Origin: a candidate division TM6 bacterium GW2011_GWF2_30_66 | GTDB lineage: Bacteria > Babelota > Babeliae > Babelales > Vermiphilaceae | NCBI GenBank assembly: GCA_000989195.1 | Contig: LBOA01000001.1 | Coordinates: 5,312 to 69,311, forward strand | Length of the DNA stretch: 64,000 nt | Reading direction: 5' to 3' | Shown: piece after piece, positions 1 to 9,064 of the stretch | Layout: each line of letters starts with the position of its first letter | Position numbering within the stretch: position 1 is the first letter of the stretch | Position numbers and translations under genes: made by a program | The notes under the pieces: model-generated | What the model was told of the DNA's origin: nothing | Databases searched by the model: none | Seen by the model: only the letters and a program-made list of their open reading frames with translations

Positions 1-78
1 TCCAAAAAACCAATACTGAATACCCCAAGTAGTTAACAAAGCCAGAGATATAGGTAAAAGCATATCTTTAAATTTCAT
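1..78 (-). CDS. 5' end (26 codons) of a membrane-protein gene that runs off the window
   Basis: The reverse strand reads GAGGA, 9 nt, ATG, then MKFKDMLLPISLALLTTWGIQYWFFG (hydrophobic N-terminus). It is too short to assign a family; YidC-like is only a guess. Confidence 0.35.
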   Translation of the reverse strand, partial: MKFKDMLLPISLALLTTWGIQYWFFG

Positions 79-268
79 TTGATTTTATCCTCGAAAAAAA
101 ACTATATTTAAACTAAACAACAACAAAACTATTAAAAACATAAATAAACATTTATGAATGATAACAAATAAATCGAAATAATGCCATAACCAAATACATA
201 TTTTAAAGATTGTTTACATATTTTTACTGTTTATATATAAAAATAATATAAAATATATTTATGAGAAA

Positions 269-316
269 GTATTATAAATAGTATTATAAAAGCGTATTAT
301 AAAAGCGTATTATAAA
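269..316 (+). repeat. Four direct copies of GTATTATAAA (spacing 12-13 bp) immediately upstream of the MerR-family gene
   Basis: Exact 10-mers occur at 269-278, 281-290, 294-303 and 307-316. The last two are part of a 13-bp tandem AAAGCGTATTATA. Confidence 0.6.
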
Positions 317-330
317 AAAAGGTAAAAGCA

Positions 331-852
331 ATGCAAATGCAAAAAAGAAAGTTTAGAATAGGCGACTTAGCACAAAAACTAAAAATAGATAAATTCGTAA
401 TTAGGTTCTGGGAAAAAGAATTTGCACTAAATTCAGGCCGATCAAACGGAGGTCAAAGATTTTATGAAGAAAAAGACTTTGAAACGTTTCAACAAATAAA
501 AACTCTTTTATATGATCAAAAATTTACAATAGCCGGCGCAAAAAAACAACTAATAGACTTAAATTTAAATTCAGACACAAATAACAATATAATTGCCTCA
601 CAAAAAACTAACATAAAAAACCAAGATTACAATAATCTCAACAAACAAAAAACAATTGTAACACAAATAGCCTTTGGCTCTCAAGACCATCAAGACTCAC
701 AAAACACTAAATTCAATAAGCAAAATGTCAACTATTATAGTTCAAAAACCCAGAAAAATCACGATCAAAATGCAAAATTACGGCCAAAAACATTAAAAAA
801 AATTATAGATTTAAAACAAAATCTAATTAAATTAAGAGAGCTACTTGATTAA
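331..852 (+). CDS. MerR-family transcriptional regulator with an N/Q/K-rich low-complexity C-terminal half
   Basis: The N-terminal HTH pattern is RIGDLAQKLKIDKFVIRFWEKEF...GGQRFYEEKDFETFQQIKTLLYDQKFTIAGAKKQL, typical of MerR-type HTH proteins. Confidence 0.75.
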   Translation: MQMQKRKFRIGDLAQKLKIDKFVIRFWEKEFALNSGRSNGGQRFYEEKDFETFQQIKTLLYDQKFTIAGAKKQLIDLNLNSDTNNNIIASQKTNIKNQDYNNLNKQKTIVTQIAFGSQDHQDSQNTKFNKQNVNYYSSKTQKNHDQNAKLRPKTLKKIIDLKQNLIKLRELLD

Positions 853-1024
853 AAAAAACAAATTTAAACAAATACTTTAACTTTAAATAAAAAACCAGCT
901 TCAAAAACATTATAAGCTTGCTATTTTTATACACTTTTATACTATTTATAATAAATAAATTATTATAAATTTATTTATGTAAATTTTTTAATTTGAAGAA
1001 TATAATATTAAAGGTTGTATTTTT

Positions 1025-2482
1025 ATGTACAAAAAGAAAGCGCACGTACACTTTGTAGGGATAGGTGGGATTGGCATGAGTGGTATAGCAATGATTTTAA
1101 AAAAACAAGGCTATACAATATCTGGATGTGATGCAGATATGCACCAAAAAAGCATAGAGGATTTAAAATCAATTGGTTGCCAAATATATGAAGGCAATAA
1201 TACCGAAGGTTGCAAAAATAAAGACATAGATATTCTTGTGTATTCTTCTGCAATAAAAAACATGAATCCTGAAATATTGGCTGCCCAAGAACGAGGCATA
1301 CCGACAATTTCAAGAGCTTTAATGCTTGCTGAACTTATGAGAACAAAGTACAGCATAGCAATAGCTGGCGCACATGGTAAAACAACAACAACGTCTATGA
1401 TATCACATATTTTAATAGATTCTAATATTGACCCAACAGTTATAATTGGTGGCCACTTAAAAAATATTTCTACCAATGCTCGCCTTGGTCTAAGCGATTT
1501 CTTAGTTGCAGAAGCTGATGAAAGTGACAAATCTCTAGTTAAATTGCAAGCGACTTTGGCTGTTGTTACAAATATTGATCTTGAACACTTGGAAACATAC
1601 AAAAATTTAGATGAAATAAAAGATACATTTAAAATATTTTTAAATAATTTGCCATTTTACGGTAAAGCATTTTTGTGCATAGACGATGCAAATATAAAAT
1701 CAATTTTGCCAATGCCACACTTAAAAATTGTTAAATATGGCTTAGACCAAGAATTAAGTGATATTTACGCAAGAAACATACAATTAAACCCAGATAATTC
1801 AATTTTTGAGATAGTAATTAAAAAAACAGCCGCTGAAGTAACTAGAACAGAAGAGCAAATTACTGTAACTCAAAAAGTTATAGTACAAACAGAAGAATCA
1901 CTCGGAAAAGTAACGTTAAACATGCCAGGAATACATAACGTTAAAAACTGTATCGCAGCAATATCCGTTTCGCTAGACGTCGGATTAAAGTTTGAACAAA
2001 TAGTAAAATCTATAGAAAGCTTTAAAGGTATAGAACGCAGATTTTGTTTTAGAGGAAATTATAAAGGCGCAGAAATTTTTGACGACTACGGACACCATCC
2101 TGAAGAAATCAGAAATACAATAGAAGTCGCTAAAAATAGAGCTAAAGGAAAATTAATTGTAGCATTCCAACCACATAGATACTCTAGAACAAAAATGCTT
2201 TGGGATAACTTTATAGATGCTTTCGTAAACTGTAAAATAGACAGATTAATTATAACTGACATATATGCCGCAAGCGAAGCACCTATAGAAAATATTAACA
2301 GCAAAAGACTCGTTGAAGAAATACTAAAAATAAAGCCAGAAATACAAATCGCTTATGGCTCTTATAATGACGATTTAACAAATATAAAAGATTATATAGA
2401 TTTGCATGTACAAGAAAATGACCTTATTCTTTCTTTGGGTGCTGGTAAAATAACTAATCTAGCAACAATTTTAAATAAATAA
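1025..2482 (+). CDS. murC: UDP-N-acetylmuramate--L-alanine ligase
   Basis: HFVGIGGIGMSGIA N-domain, AIAGAHGKTTTTSM P-loop and DDYGHHPEEI motif; 485 aa, full-length Mur ligase architecture. Confidence 0.95.
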   Translation: MYKKKAHVHFVGIGGIGMSGIAMILKKQGYTISGCDADMHQKSIEDLKSIGCQIYEGNNTEGCKNKDIDILVYSSAIKNMNPEILAAQERGIPTISRALMLAELMRTKYSIAIAGAHGKTTTTSMISHILIDSNIDPTVIIGGHLKNISTNARLGLSDFLVAEADESDKSLVKLQATLAVVTNIDLEHLETYKNLDEIKDTFKIFLNNLPFYGKAFLCIDDANIKSILPMPHLKIVKYGLDQELSDIYARNIQLNPDNSIFEIVIKKTAAEVTRTEEQITVTQKVIVQTEESLGKVTLNMPGIHNVKNCIAAISVSLDVGLKFEQIVKSIESFKGIERRFCFRGNYKGAEIFDDYGHHPEEIRNTIEVAKNRAKGKLIVAFQPHRYSRTKMLWDNFIDAFVNCKIDRLIITDIYAASEAPIENINSKRLVEEILKIKPEIQIAYGSYNDDLTNIKDYIDLHVQENDLILSLGAGKITNLATILNK

Positions 2483-2505
2483 AATTTTATATAAACATAA
2501 TTTTA

Positions 2506-2538
2506 GCCTCTGCACATTATAAATGCAGGGGCTTTTTT
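2506..2538 (+). terminator. Intrinsic terminator after murC
   Basis: A 9-bp stem GCCTCTGCA / TGCAGGGGC is followed by TTTTTT. Confidence 0.6.
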
Positions 2539-2743
2539 GTTAATAATAGCAAAACTTAAGTATAAAAAACCCCCACAAAATCCCTATAATAAACCAAAAA
2601 TATTAAAAAGTTAAATAAATCTATTGCGTTTTATAAATTACAAATAGTATAATAAAACCAGAAGAGTAGAATATAGTTTTCTACTGTAAACCAAGCAACT
2701 TAAAAATATAAAATTAAGATTGCTTAAAAAATGGGAGAACATT

Positions 2744-3082
2744 ATGAACTATAAAAATATATGCGCTAGATTACTTGTTTTATCTTTATGTGCAATAATT
2801 ACAAGCAATTCTTTTGCCAAAAAAAGAGAAAAAAAAGAATGGTCAAGAGGTAAAAAAGTTGCTGTAGGAGCTATTGTTGGTGGCGCTCTTACTTGTGGCG
2901 TTGGTGCTGCTATCGGTGCTGCTGCAGGATCTGCAGGAACTGGCGCAGCCATCGGTGCAGGAACTGGCGTAGTTGGCGGAACAGTAGTTGGTGCTAGTGT
3001 AAAATGCTGCAAATGTAAACATTGTCATCACAGACGCTGTAAATGCAGCAACCAAGAAGCTAAAGAAATAGAAACTAAATAA
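2744..3082 (+). CDS. Small secreted glycine-zipper protein with a Cys/His/Lys-rich tail
   Basis: GGGAGA RBS then ATG at 2744. Signal peptide MNYKNICARLLVLSLCAIITSNSFA. Gly-zipper segment GAIVGGALTCGVGAAIGAAAGSAGTGAAIGAGTGVVGG (Rick_17kDa_Anti-like). Tail CCKCKHCHHRRCKC. Confidence 0.7.
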   Translation: MNYKNICARLLVLSLCAIITSNSFAKKREKKEWSRGKKVAVGAIVGGALTCGVGAAIGAAAGSAGTGAAIGAGTGVVGGTVVGASVKCCKCKHCHHRRCKCSNQEAKEIETK

Positions 3083-3090
3083 AAAACATA

Positions 3091-3151
3091 AAAATTTTTA
3101 ACGAGCTAAGCTTGTAAAATAATTTTACAAGCTTAGCTCGTTAAAAATTTT
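3091..3151. terminator. Long near-perfect palindrome (about 30-bp arms), probable strong hairpin terminator
   Basis: AAAATTTTTAACGAGCTAAGCTTGTAAAAT is followed by its reverse complement, flanked by A and T runs. Confidence 0.6.
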
Positions 3152-3247
3152 CTAACTAATTTTTTATTTATAGCGAACATTTATATATAGCTGACTTTTT
3201 TATGGCTTGTTTAGATAAATAAAAAATACAATAATTTAGGGGAAAAA

Positions 3248-3868
3248 ATGAACGTAAAAAAATATTTTATAACAAAAGCCGCAATAATAGCAATAATAGT
3301 TCTCACATCACAAATTAATACTGTTTTTGCCAGAGATGGAGGTGGCCGTCGAGCACTTGGTGGGCTTGTCGGTGGAACTGCCGCAGGAGCTCTTGTAGGT
3401 GGTGCCATTGGAGGTGGTAGAGGTGCCGGTATAGGCGCTGGAGTTGGCGCTGCAGTTGGACTAACAGCCGGAGCTGCCGCTGCATCATCAAAACATGATG
3501 AAGATAGATATTACGAAGAAAGAAGACGAACACAAGCACGCCCTGCAACAGTAAAGACTGTGTATGTTGAAAGTAAAACAACTCAAAAAGATAGACCCGC
3601 AACAGCATGTGAAAAGCTAGCTCAAGATTTGGCAAATACACAAGCAGAGCTTGAAAATCTTGCAAATGAAAATGATTCACTGTCAAGTGACAATAATGCT
3701 CTTTCAATAGAAAATAGCAGCCTTGCTAAAGAAAATAAAAAACTCGAATCTTATCTTAGCGATTATGAATCAAAAGTAGAAAACCTTGAACAAGAGCTTA
3801 AAAAAACAAATAAAGAGCTAAAAGTTGCCAATAAAAAAATAAATAAATTAAGTAAAAAAAATAAATAA
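3248..3868 (+). CDS. Secreted glycine-zipper protein with a C-terminal coiled coil
   Basis: GGGGA RBS; signal/anchor segment; GGLVGGTAAGALVGGAIGGGRGAGIGAGVGAAVGLTAGAAAA; heptad-like LENLANENDSLSSDNNALSIENSSLAKENKKLESYL... Confidence 0.7.
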   Translation: MNVKKYFITKAAIIAIIVLTSQINTVFARDGGGRRALGGLVGGTAAGALVGGAIGGGRGAGIGAGVGAAVGLTAGAAAASSKHDEDRYYEERRRTQARPATVKTVYVESKTTQKDRPATACEKLAQDLANTQAELENLANENDSLSSDNNALSIENSSLAKENKKLESYLSDYESKVENLEQELKKTNKELKVANKKINKLSKKNK

Positions 3869-3911
3869 TTATATTTTTTTAAAATAAATTATTAAAGCTT
3901 TACGTTTATAA

Positions 3912-3971
3912 CTTGGTTTTTAAATTTATTGTTTTTTAAAAAAATTCGTAAATTTAAAGACCAAGTTTTTT
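3912..3971. terminator. Hairpin plus T-run between convergent genes
   Basis: CTTGGTTTTTAAATTTA pairs with TAAATTTAAAGACCAAG (1 mismatch), followed by TTTTTT. Confidence 0.5.
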
Positions 3972-3985
3972 AAATTTAAAAACCA

Positions 3986-4750
3986 TTAATTTTGAACAAA
4001 TACAATAATCTCGCATTTGTGATCACTAGAATTTTTCTTAGAACAGGCTTTACCCTTTATACCTCTTATAGAAACTGAACAGAATCTGGAAGGTTTTTTA
4101 AATAACATCATTTTTTCAATTCCATCAAAAAATAACACACTTTCCCAGCCAAAAAACTCCATCTCTTGATTATAAAATTTAGAAATAGAGCTAGCGTCCA
4201 TATAACTTTTATAACCTAAAATTATCTCATTTTTGTTTGTCTGAGACTTAAAATGTTTTAATAATGGATCAGAATTTATTGGAACAGGAATATCAGATAA
4301 TTTTGCCTCTTTTTGTTTTACTAACTGCGCATCTTCAGATTTTTTTGTAGATTTTTCAATAAATAATTCTTGAGACAAATCTGGAATCTCACGCTCATCA
4401 ATAAAATTATCTTGAACTTCTGGCTCTTCTACACTAATTTTTGGATTTACTTCTGAATCTATAATACCTATAGTCTCTTGTTTATTAGTAGACTCACCTA
4501 AACCAGAACCTTCATCAAAAACTATTTTTTGCCTTGATTTAGTATTTATATTTTCAACAAATTGCTTTGCTTTATAATCAGAAACGGGAGAGAAAACATC
4601 CTCTCCCGCAATATCTTCTTCTATTTGACTTTGATGGGAAAAACCATTTTCTAATCTATTTTTAGAAACTTTTTTAAGATCTTGCTTCTTGCAAGAGCTT
4701 AAAAACAATAAAATCACTAAAATTGTAAATTTTATGGCCTTCAACATCAT
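3986..4750 (-). CDS. Putative lipoprotein, unknown function
   Basis: Signal peptide with lipobox MMLKAIKFTILVILLFLSSC; no recognisable catalytic motif. Confidence 0.65.
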   Translation of the reverse strand: MMLKAIKFTILVILLFLSSCKKQDLKKVSKNRLENGFSHQSQIEEDIAGEDVFSPVSDYKAKQFVENINTKSRQKIVFDEGSGLGESTNKQETIGIIDSEVNPKISVEEPEVQDNFIDEREIPDLSQELFIEKSTKKSEDAQLVKQKEAKLSDIPVPINSDPLLKHFKSQTNKNEIILGYKSYMDASSISKFYNQEMEFFGWESVLFFDGIEKMMLFKKPSRFCSVSIRGIKGKACSKKNSSDHKCEIIVFVQN

Positions 4751-4783
4751 TAATAACCTTCAAAAACACAAAATTAATTATAC

Positions 4784-5209
4784 TTATGCACTTGCACGAT
4801 TAACTTTTTTTGCATTTTTCTCAGCCCTTAACTCTTTTTGCTCTTTTGTAAGAACTTTTTCTTGTATACGGGCAGTTTTACCAACTCTTTTTCTTAGATA
4901 ATAAAGCTTAGCTCTACGCTTTTTACCACTACGAATAAACTCAATAGACTCAATCAAAGGCGAATAAAAAGGCAATATTTTTTCTACTGCAACAGAATTA
5001 GCGCCAATTTTTCTTATAGTAAAAGTTGTTGAAATACCATGAACATTAAATGCTATAACGTCACCTTCAAAAACCTGAATACGCTCTTTATCACCCTCTT
5101 TTACACGCAATGAAACCGCTATGAAATCTCCAACGTTAAATTCTGGAAAATTTCTATCGTGAACGCCTAATTCACTTATTGTTTCTTTTGTATATTTCGC
5201 TGCCTTCAT
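4784..5209 (-). CDS. rplS: 50S ribosomal protein L19 with a basic C-terminal extension
   Basis: [33 protein letters not shown]...FTIRKI...[10 protein letters not shown] matches the L19 pattern; sits directly downstream of trmD. Confidence 0.95.
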   Translation of the reverse strand: MKAAKYTKETISELGVHDRNFPEFNVGDFIAVSLRVKEGDKERIQVFEGDVIAFNVHGISTTFTIRKIGANSVAVEKILPFYSPLIESIEFIRSGKKRRAKLYYLRKRVGKTARIQEKVLTKEQKELRAEKNAKKVNRASA

Positions 5210-5324
5210 ATTTTAGCCCTTATTAAACATTAAATTCTAAAAAAATCATTTAAATCATATGAAAATAAAAATAAAAAACCATTATTTATGATACTAGAAA
5301 AAAGCTTTTCTAGCAATCTCTATT

Positions 5325-6632
5325 TTATTTTTTTAAATTTGAACCCAGCCAACGATCAAAAATTATTGCAGCCGCAGACCTAACCGACAAATGATTATAA
5401 TCTGAATACCCTTCAACAGGAATTAAAATAAAATCTGCTAGCTCCATAATATGATCCGCAAGCCCTTGCCCAGTCCCAAAAAGGAATAATACCGGCCTAC
5501 CAAGCTCCCAAACCTTTCTGTGATCATGGTAAGTGATTATATTATCTTTTTTATAATCTTTAGCAGAGGTCACTATAACTAAAGGTTTTTTCCCCTCTTG
5601 TTTTTCTATTTGATGCAAAACCTTCTCAAGATTATCTTTTAAAAAAACACTTTTTACAGCATCAAACCGACTTTTATTATAGCTAAATCCTGGACCCTCT
5701 TTCCAAAAATCAAGCAATTTTTGTACGATCTTTTGTTGATCCAGTAAAGATGTAACAATAAAATAATTTTTAATCCCGAAGCTTTTACTAGACCTTGCTA
5801 TATCATGTATATCTATAGAAGTAACAGAAGTATTACCAATACACTTTTCATCAGATCCAACATAAACATCGTTATGCATTAAAGCTGCGTAATGTGGAGG
5901 AATAAGCTCTTTTATTAAATCTTTTTGCTCTTTACTCTCTATAAACTTAGTCCTCATCCAATCAAAATGCCTAATAACAGTCTTGGAAACAGAGCTTTTG
6001 AGACGCCACTTGCGTATCTGTTCATGATTTCCTGATCTAAGAATCTCAGGAACAACACTTCCATTCCAATCAACAGGCTCGCCATAGCATGGATAATCAA
6101 CAAATGGGCCAGAAAAGGACTCAAGCTCAACAGATTCTTGCTTTCCAACAACACCCGGAATAAGCCTTAAAAAACCCTCTAAAAACACCATTGCTGGAAG
6201 ATCACCGCCCATTAAAACAAAGTCTCCTATCGAAACCACAGCGTCAGCATAATATTCTTCTACCCGAGAATCCATGCCCTCATATCTAGCCGGAAGCAAC
6301 ATAAGATGTCCCTTGATTTGAGCTAAATTTGAAATTTCTCGCAAATAATCCTGATCAAGCTTGCGACCGCCTGGCGAGAAGAAAACTTTAAATGCTTGGC
6401 CAAAATCTTTCTCTTTATCCTCGATTGCCTTTTGAACAACCTCAGCTTTTATAACCATTCCAGATCCTGGACCAAAAGTCGGAGAATCTATTCTCTCTTT
6501 TGGAGCAACAAAAGACCGAAGGCTATCTAGATTATAATTTACCAAGCCACTTTCTTTTGCTCTTCGCACTAAGCTAGTACTCAAAAAATCATTATAAATT
6601 TCGGGAAAAACAGAAATAATTGATATATTCAT
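5325..6632 (-). CDS. trmD: tRNA (guanine37-N1)-methyltransferase TrmD fused to an additional C-terminal SPOUT-like domain
   Basis: The N-terminal ~240 aa carry TrmD motifs (ISVFPEIY, DSPTFGPGSGMVIKAEV, ARYEGMDSRVEEY, IGDFVLMGGDLPAMV, RSGNHEQIRKWR). An extra ~190 aa ends in LFLFGTGQGL...YNHLSVRSAAAIIFDRWLG. Confidence 0.9.
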   Translation of the reverse strand: MNISIISVFPEIYNDFLSTSLVRRAKESGLVNYNLDSLRSFVAPKERIDSPTFGPGSGMVIKAEVVQKAIEDKEKDFGQAFKVFFSPGGRKLDQDYLREISNLAQIKGHLMLLPARYEGMDSRVEEYYADAVVSIGDFVLMGGDLPAMVFLEGFLRLIPGVVGKQESVELESFSGPFVDYPCYGEPVDWNGSVVPEILRSGNHEQIRKWRLKSSVSKTVIRHFDWMRTKFIESKEQKDLIKELIPPHYAALMHNDVYVGSDEKCIGNTSVTSIDIHDIARSSKSFGIKNYFIVTSLLDQQKIVQKLLDFWKEGPGFSYNKSRFDAVKSVFLKDNLEKVLHQIEKQEGKKPLVIVTSAKDYKKDNIITYHDHRKVWELGRPVLFLFGTGQGLADHIMELADFILIPVEGYSDYNHLSVRSAAAIIFDRWLGSNLKK

Positions 6633-6869
6633 TTATTTTGCAATATCTACAAATAGATTATGATCTTTAAAAATCAAACTAATTATGTTTCTTATTGATT
6701 TAATGGTTCTTCCACCTTTACCAATAACCTTACCAAGATCGTTTTCATCAACATGAATCTCAAGCAAAACCCTAGTATTATCAGGTCCTTCAGCTTTTTG
6801 AGTAATGCTAACCAATTCTGGTTTTTCAACCAAAGATTTAACGATATAGTCTACAATATCTTTAGGCAT
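6633..6869 (-). CDS. KH-domain RNA-binding protein (YlqC/UPF0109-like)
   Basis: GKVIGKGGRTIKSIRNII GXXG KH motif, 78 aa, conserved position between rpsP and trmD. Confidence 0.85.
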   Translation of the reverse strand: MPKDIVDYIVKSLVEKPELVSITQKAEGPDNTRVLLEIHVDENDLGKVIGKGGRTIKSIRNIISLIFKDHNLFVDIAK

Positions 6870-6932
6870 AACTTAAAACCTTAAAATAAAGTCTAAAAGA
6901 CCCAAATTAAAAAATAACCAGCCACAATTAAA

Positions 6933-7244
6933 TTAAGCAGATTTTGCTTCAACCTTAACTTTTTTAGGCTTCTTTTCAACTTTTTCAACTACAACATCTT
7001 CTTGCGTTGTTCTTTTAGCTAACTTCATAATTTTTTTTACTGAATCTGTAATAACAGCACCTTGGCTAACCCAATAATCTAATCTATCACTGTGAAATTG
7101 AACTAATACACTTTTAAGCGCATCATATGTTCCAAGATTTTCCAAGCAAGCACCGTCTCTTTTTTTTCTTGAATCTATTGCAACTATTCTGAAAACAGGA
7201 GCTTTTTTCTTTCCTATCATTGATAAACGAATCTTAACTGGCAT
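6933..7244 (-). CDS. rpsP: 30S ribosomal protein S16
   Basis: MPVKIRLSMIGKKKAPVFRIVAIDSRKKRDG...YWVSQGA is the S16 pattern. Confidence 0.95.
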   Translation of the reverse strand: MPVKIRLSMIGKKKAPVFRIVAIDSRKKRDGACLENLGTYDALKSVLVQFHSDRLDYWVSQGAVITDSVKKIMKLAKRTTQEDVVVEKVEKKPKKVKVEAKSA

Positions 7245-7288
7245 TATTTAAATCCTCACTTTAAAATTATTTGTAATTAAAAACATAC

Positions 7289-8614
7289 TTAAAAACGTCC
7301 ATGCTTCTTAAGAAGTTTAGCATATTGCTGACTTTGTTCAAATCTCTGTAATAAAATATTTACATCTTCTACATTTACGCCAGCACCTTTTGCTATTCTT
7401 TGCTTCCTAGAACCATCCAAAATCTTAGGGAAATAACGCTCTTTTTTTGTCATAGAAGCTATTATTGCCTTAAATCTTTTAACCTCTACCTCACCTTTTT
7501 GCAACATTTCTGGAGAAATCTTTGCCCCAGCCATACCAGGAATATATTTCATTATATTAGAAAACGAACCCAGCCTGCCTACCATTTCTATCTGATTAGC
7601 AAAATCCTGCAAATTCATTTTACCCCCAGAAAAGACTCCAAACAAAGACTCTTGCTCGGCTTGATTAAACTTTTCTTCGGCCTTCTCAACTAAAGATAAA
7701 ATGTCTCCCATTCCCAATATTCTATCAGCAACCCTCTTAGGCCTAAAGACTTCCAAATCTTCTATTTTTTCGCCAGAGCCCACGAACGATATTGGTTTTT
7801 TTAAAAAATATCTAAACGCAAAAGCTGCACCGCCACGAGTATCACTATCAATTTTTGTTAATATGGCAGAATTAAATGGAATTACTTTATCAAATGATGT
7901 CGCAACACTTATAGATTCTTGACCAGTCATTGAATCAAGAACCAATATTTTACATTTTGGCTTTATATTATTATCTATTTGCTTTAATTGATCAAGCATA
8001 TCACTATCTATATGCAATCTTCCTGCCGTATCTAAAAACACAATTTCAAATCTATTATTTTTAGCATAATTATTAATTTCTTTAGCAGCTATTACAGGAT
8101 CTACACACTCTTTTGCTCTATAAAAATCTACGCCAACCTGTTTTGATAAAATTTCAAGCTGATCAATAGCCGCTGGCCTGTAAAAATCTACTGATGCTAA
8201 CAAAATTTTTCTATCTTTTCCTCTTTTTTTTGCCTGCTTTAAAATGAACAATGCAAGCTTTGCAGTTGTCGTCGTCTTTCCAGAACCCTGTAACCCCATA
8301 ACCATTACAGTTGACGGTATCTGTAATGAAAATTCATTCTCAGAAGCTTCTGCACCCAAGAAATGCAACAACCTATCATGAACAATTTTTACAAACTGCT
8401 CAGATGGCTTTATTGACTTAATAACCTTTTTGCCTATTAAATCAGTTTTTATGCTTTCTACAAATTCTTCAACTAGCTTATATGGCACGTCAGCTTCTAG
8501 TAAAGCATCTTTTACCTTTAAGATCGCTTCTTGCAAATTATCTTCTGAAAGATAGCCTTTTCCAGTCAATCTTGAAAATATAGATGAAAATTTTTCAGAT
8601 AAAAAATCAAACAT
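7289..8614 (-). CDS. ffh: Signal recognition particle protein Ffh
   Basis: GLQGSGKTTTTAKLA, DTAGRL and TKIDSDTRGGAA GTPase motifs plus a Met-rich M domain. Confidence 0.95.
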   Translation of the reverse strand: MFDFLSEKFSSIFSRLTGKGYLSEDNLQEAILKVKDALLEADVPYKLVEEFVESIKTDLIGKKVIKSIKPSEQFVKIVHDRLLHFLGAEASENEFSLQIPSTVMVMGLQGSGKTTTTAKLALFILKQAKKRGKDRKILLASVDFYRPAAIDQLEILSKQVGVDFYRAKECVDPVIAAKEINNYAKNNRFEIVFLDTAGRLHIDSDMLDQLKQIDNNIKPKCKILVLDSMTGQESISVATSFDKVIPFNSAILTKIDSDTRGGAAFAFRYFLKKPISFVGSGEKIEDLEVFRPKRVADRILGMGDILSLVEKAEEKFNQAEQESLFGVFSGGKMNLQDFANQIEMVGRLGSFSNIMKYIPGMAGAKISPEMLQKGEVEVKRFKAIIASMTKKERYFPKILDGSRKQRIAKGAGVNVEDVNILLQRFEQSQQYAKLLKKHGRF

Positions 8615-8884
8615 TATTATTAGCCTTTATAATCAGATATAAACAAAAACAAAGTTCAAATTTAACAAAACTCAAAAAAAAGTACAAGTAAAAGTCTAAT
8701 ACAAAAAGACCATTCTCATACTAATAATAACCAAAAACATTAAGTTTTGCCAGAAAAAACGCCCAAAAGAAATAATTCTTACTAATTATCTTTATAAATT
8801 ATATTATAAACACGAAAAAAATCAATTATTTTTGACAAATAAAAATATCGAACTAAGTTAAATTTATTAACCAAAGCAAGCATC

Positions 8885-8912
8885 TTGACAAATAGAAAAC
8901 TCCATGTATAAT
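8885..8912 (+). promoter_or_regulatory. Candidate sigma70-type promoter (TTGACA-16 nt-TATAAT) upstream of hflX
   Basis: Exact TTGACA at 8885-8890 and TATAAT at 8907-8912. In AT-rich DNA such matches can arise by chance. Confidence 0.3.
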
Positions 8913-9064
8913 TATCGTTATACTATGTTATTTAAAAACTGATACAGAAAAATACTTACAATAATCAATCAAAAAATAAATTTAAAAATTTGTATAAAAA
9001 TTTAAAAACAGTATAAATTGATAAAAATATAAAATTATTAAAAACAATATAGAGGTAATAAAAA

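Noticed and set aside
1023-2304. Antisense or alternative-frame ORFs inside murC (1023-1313, 1111-1602, 2086-2304). Similar shadow ORFs occur inside ffh, hflX, uvrD, glmM, pnp, rpoC, rpoB, murA, radA and the CPBP gene.
   Set aside because: Each is fully contained in a confidently identified gene on the other strand or frame. They have no RBS and show low-complexity or hydrophobic translations typical of shadow ORFs.
2749-3707. Minus-strand Pro/Ala/Thr-rich ORFs (2749-3012, 2843-3055, 3211-3408, 3315-3707)
   Set aside because: They are mirror images of the GGN/GCN-rich glycine-zipper coding regions. The plus-strand genes have signal peptides, RBSs and terminators, and these do not.
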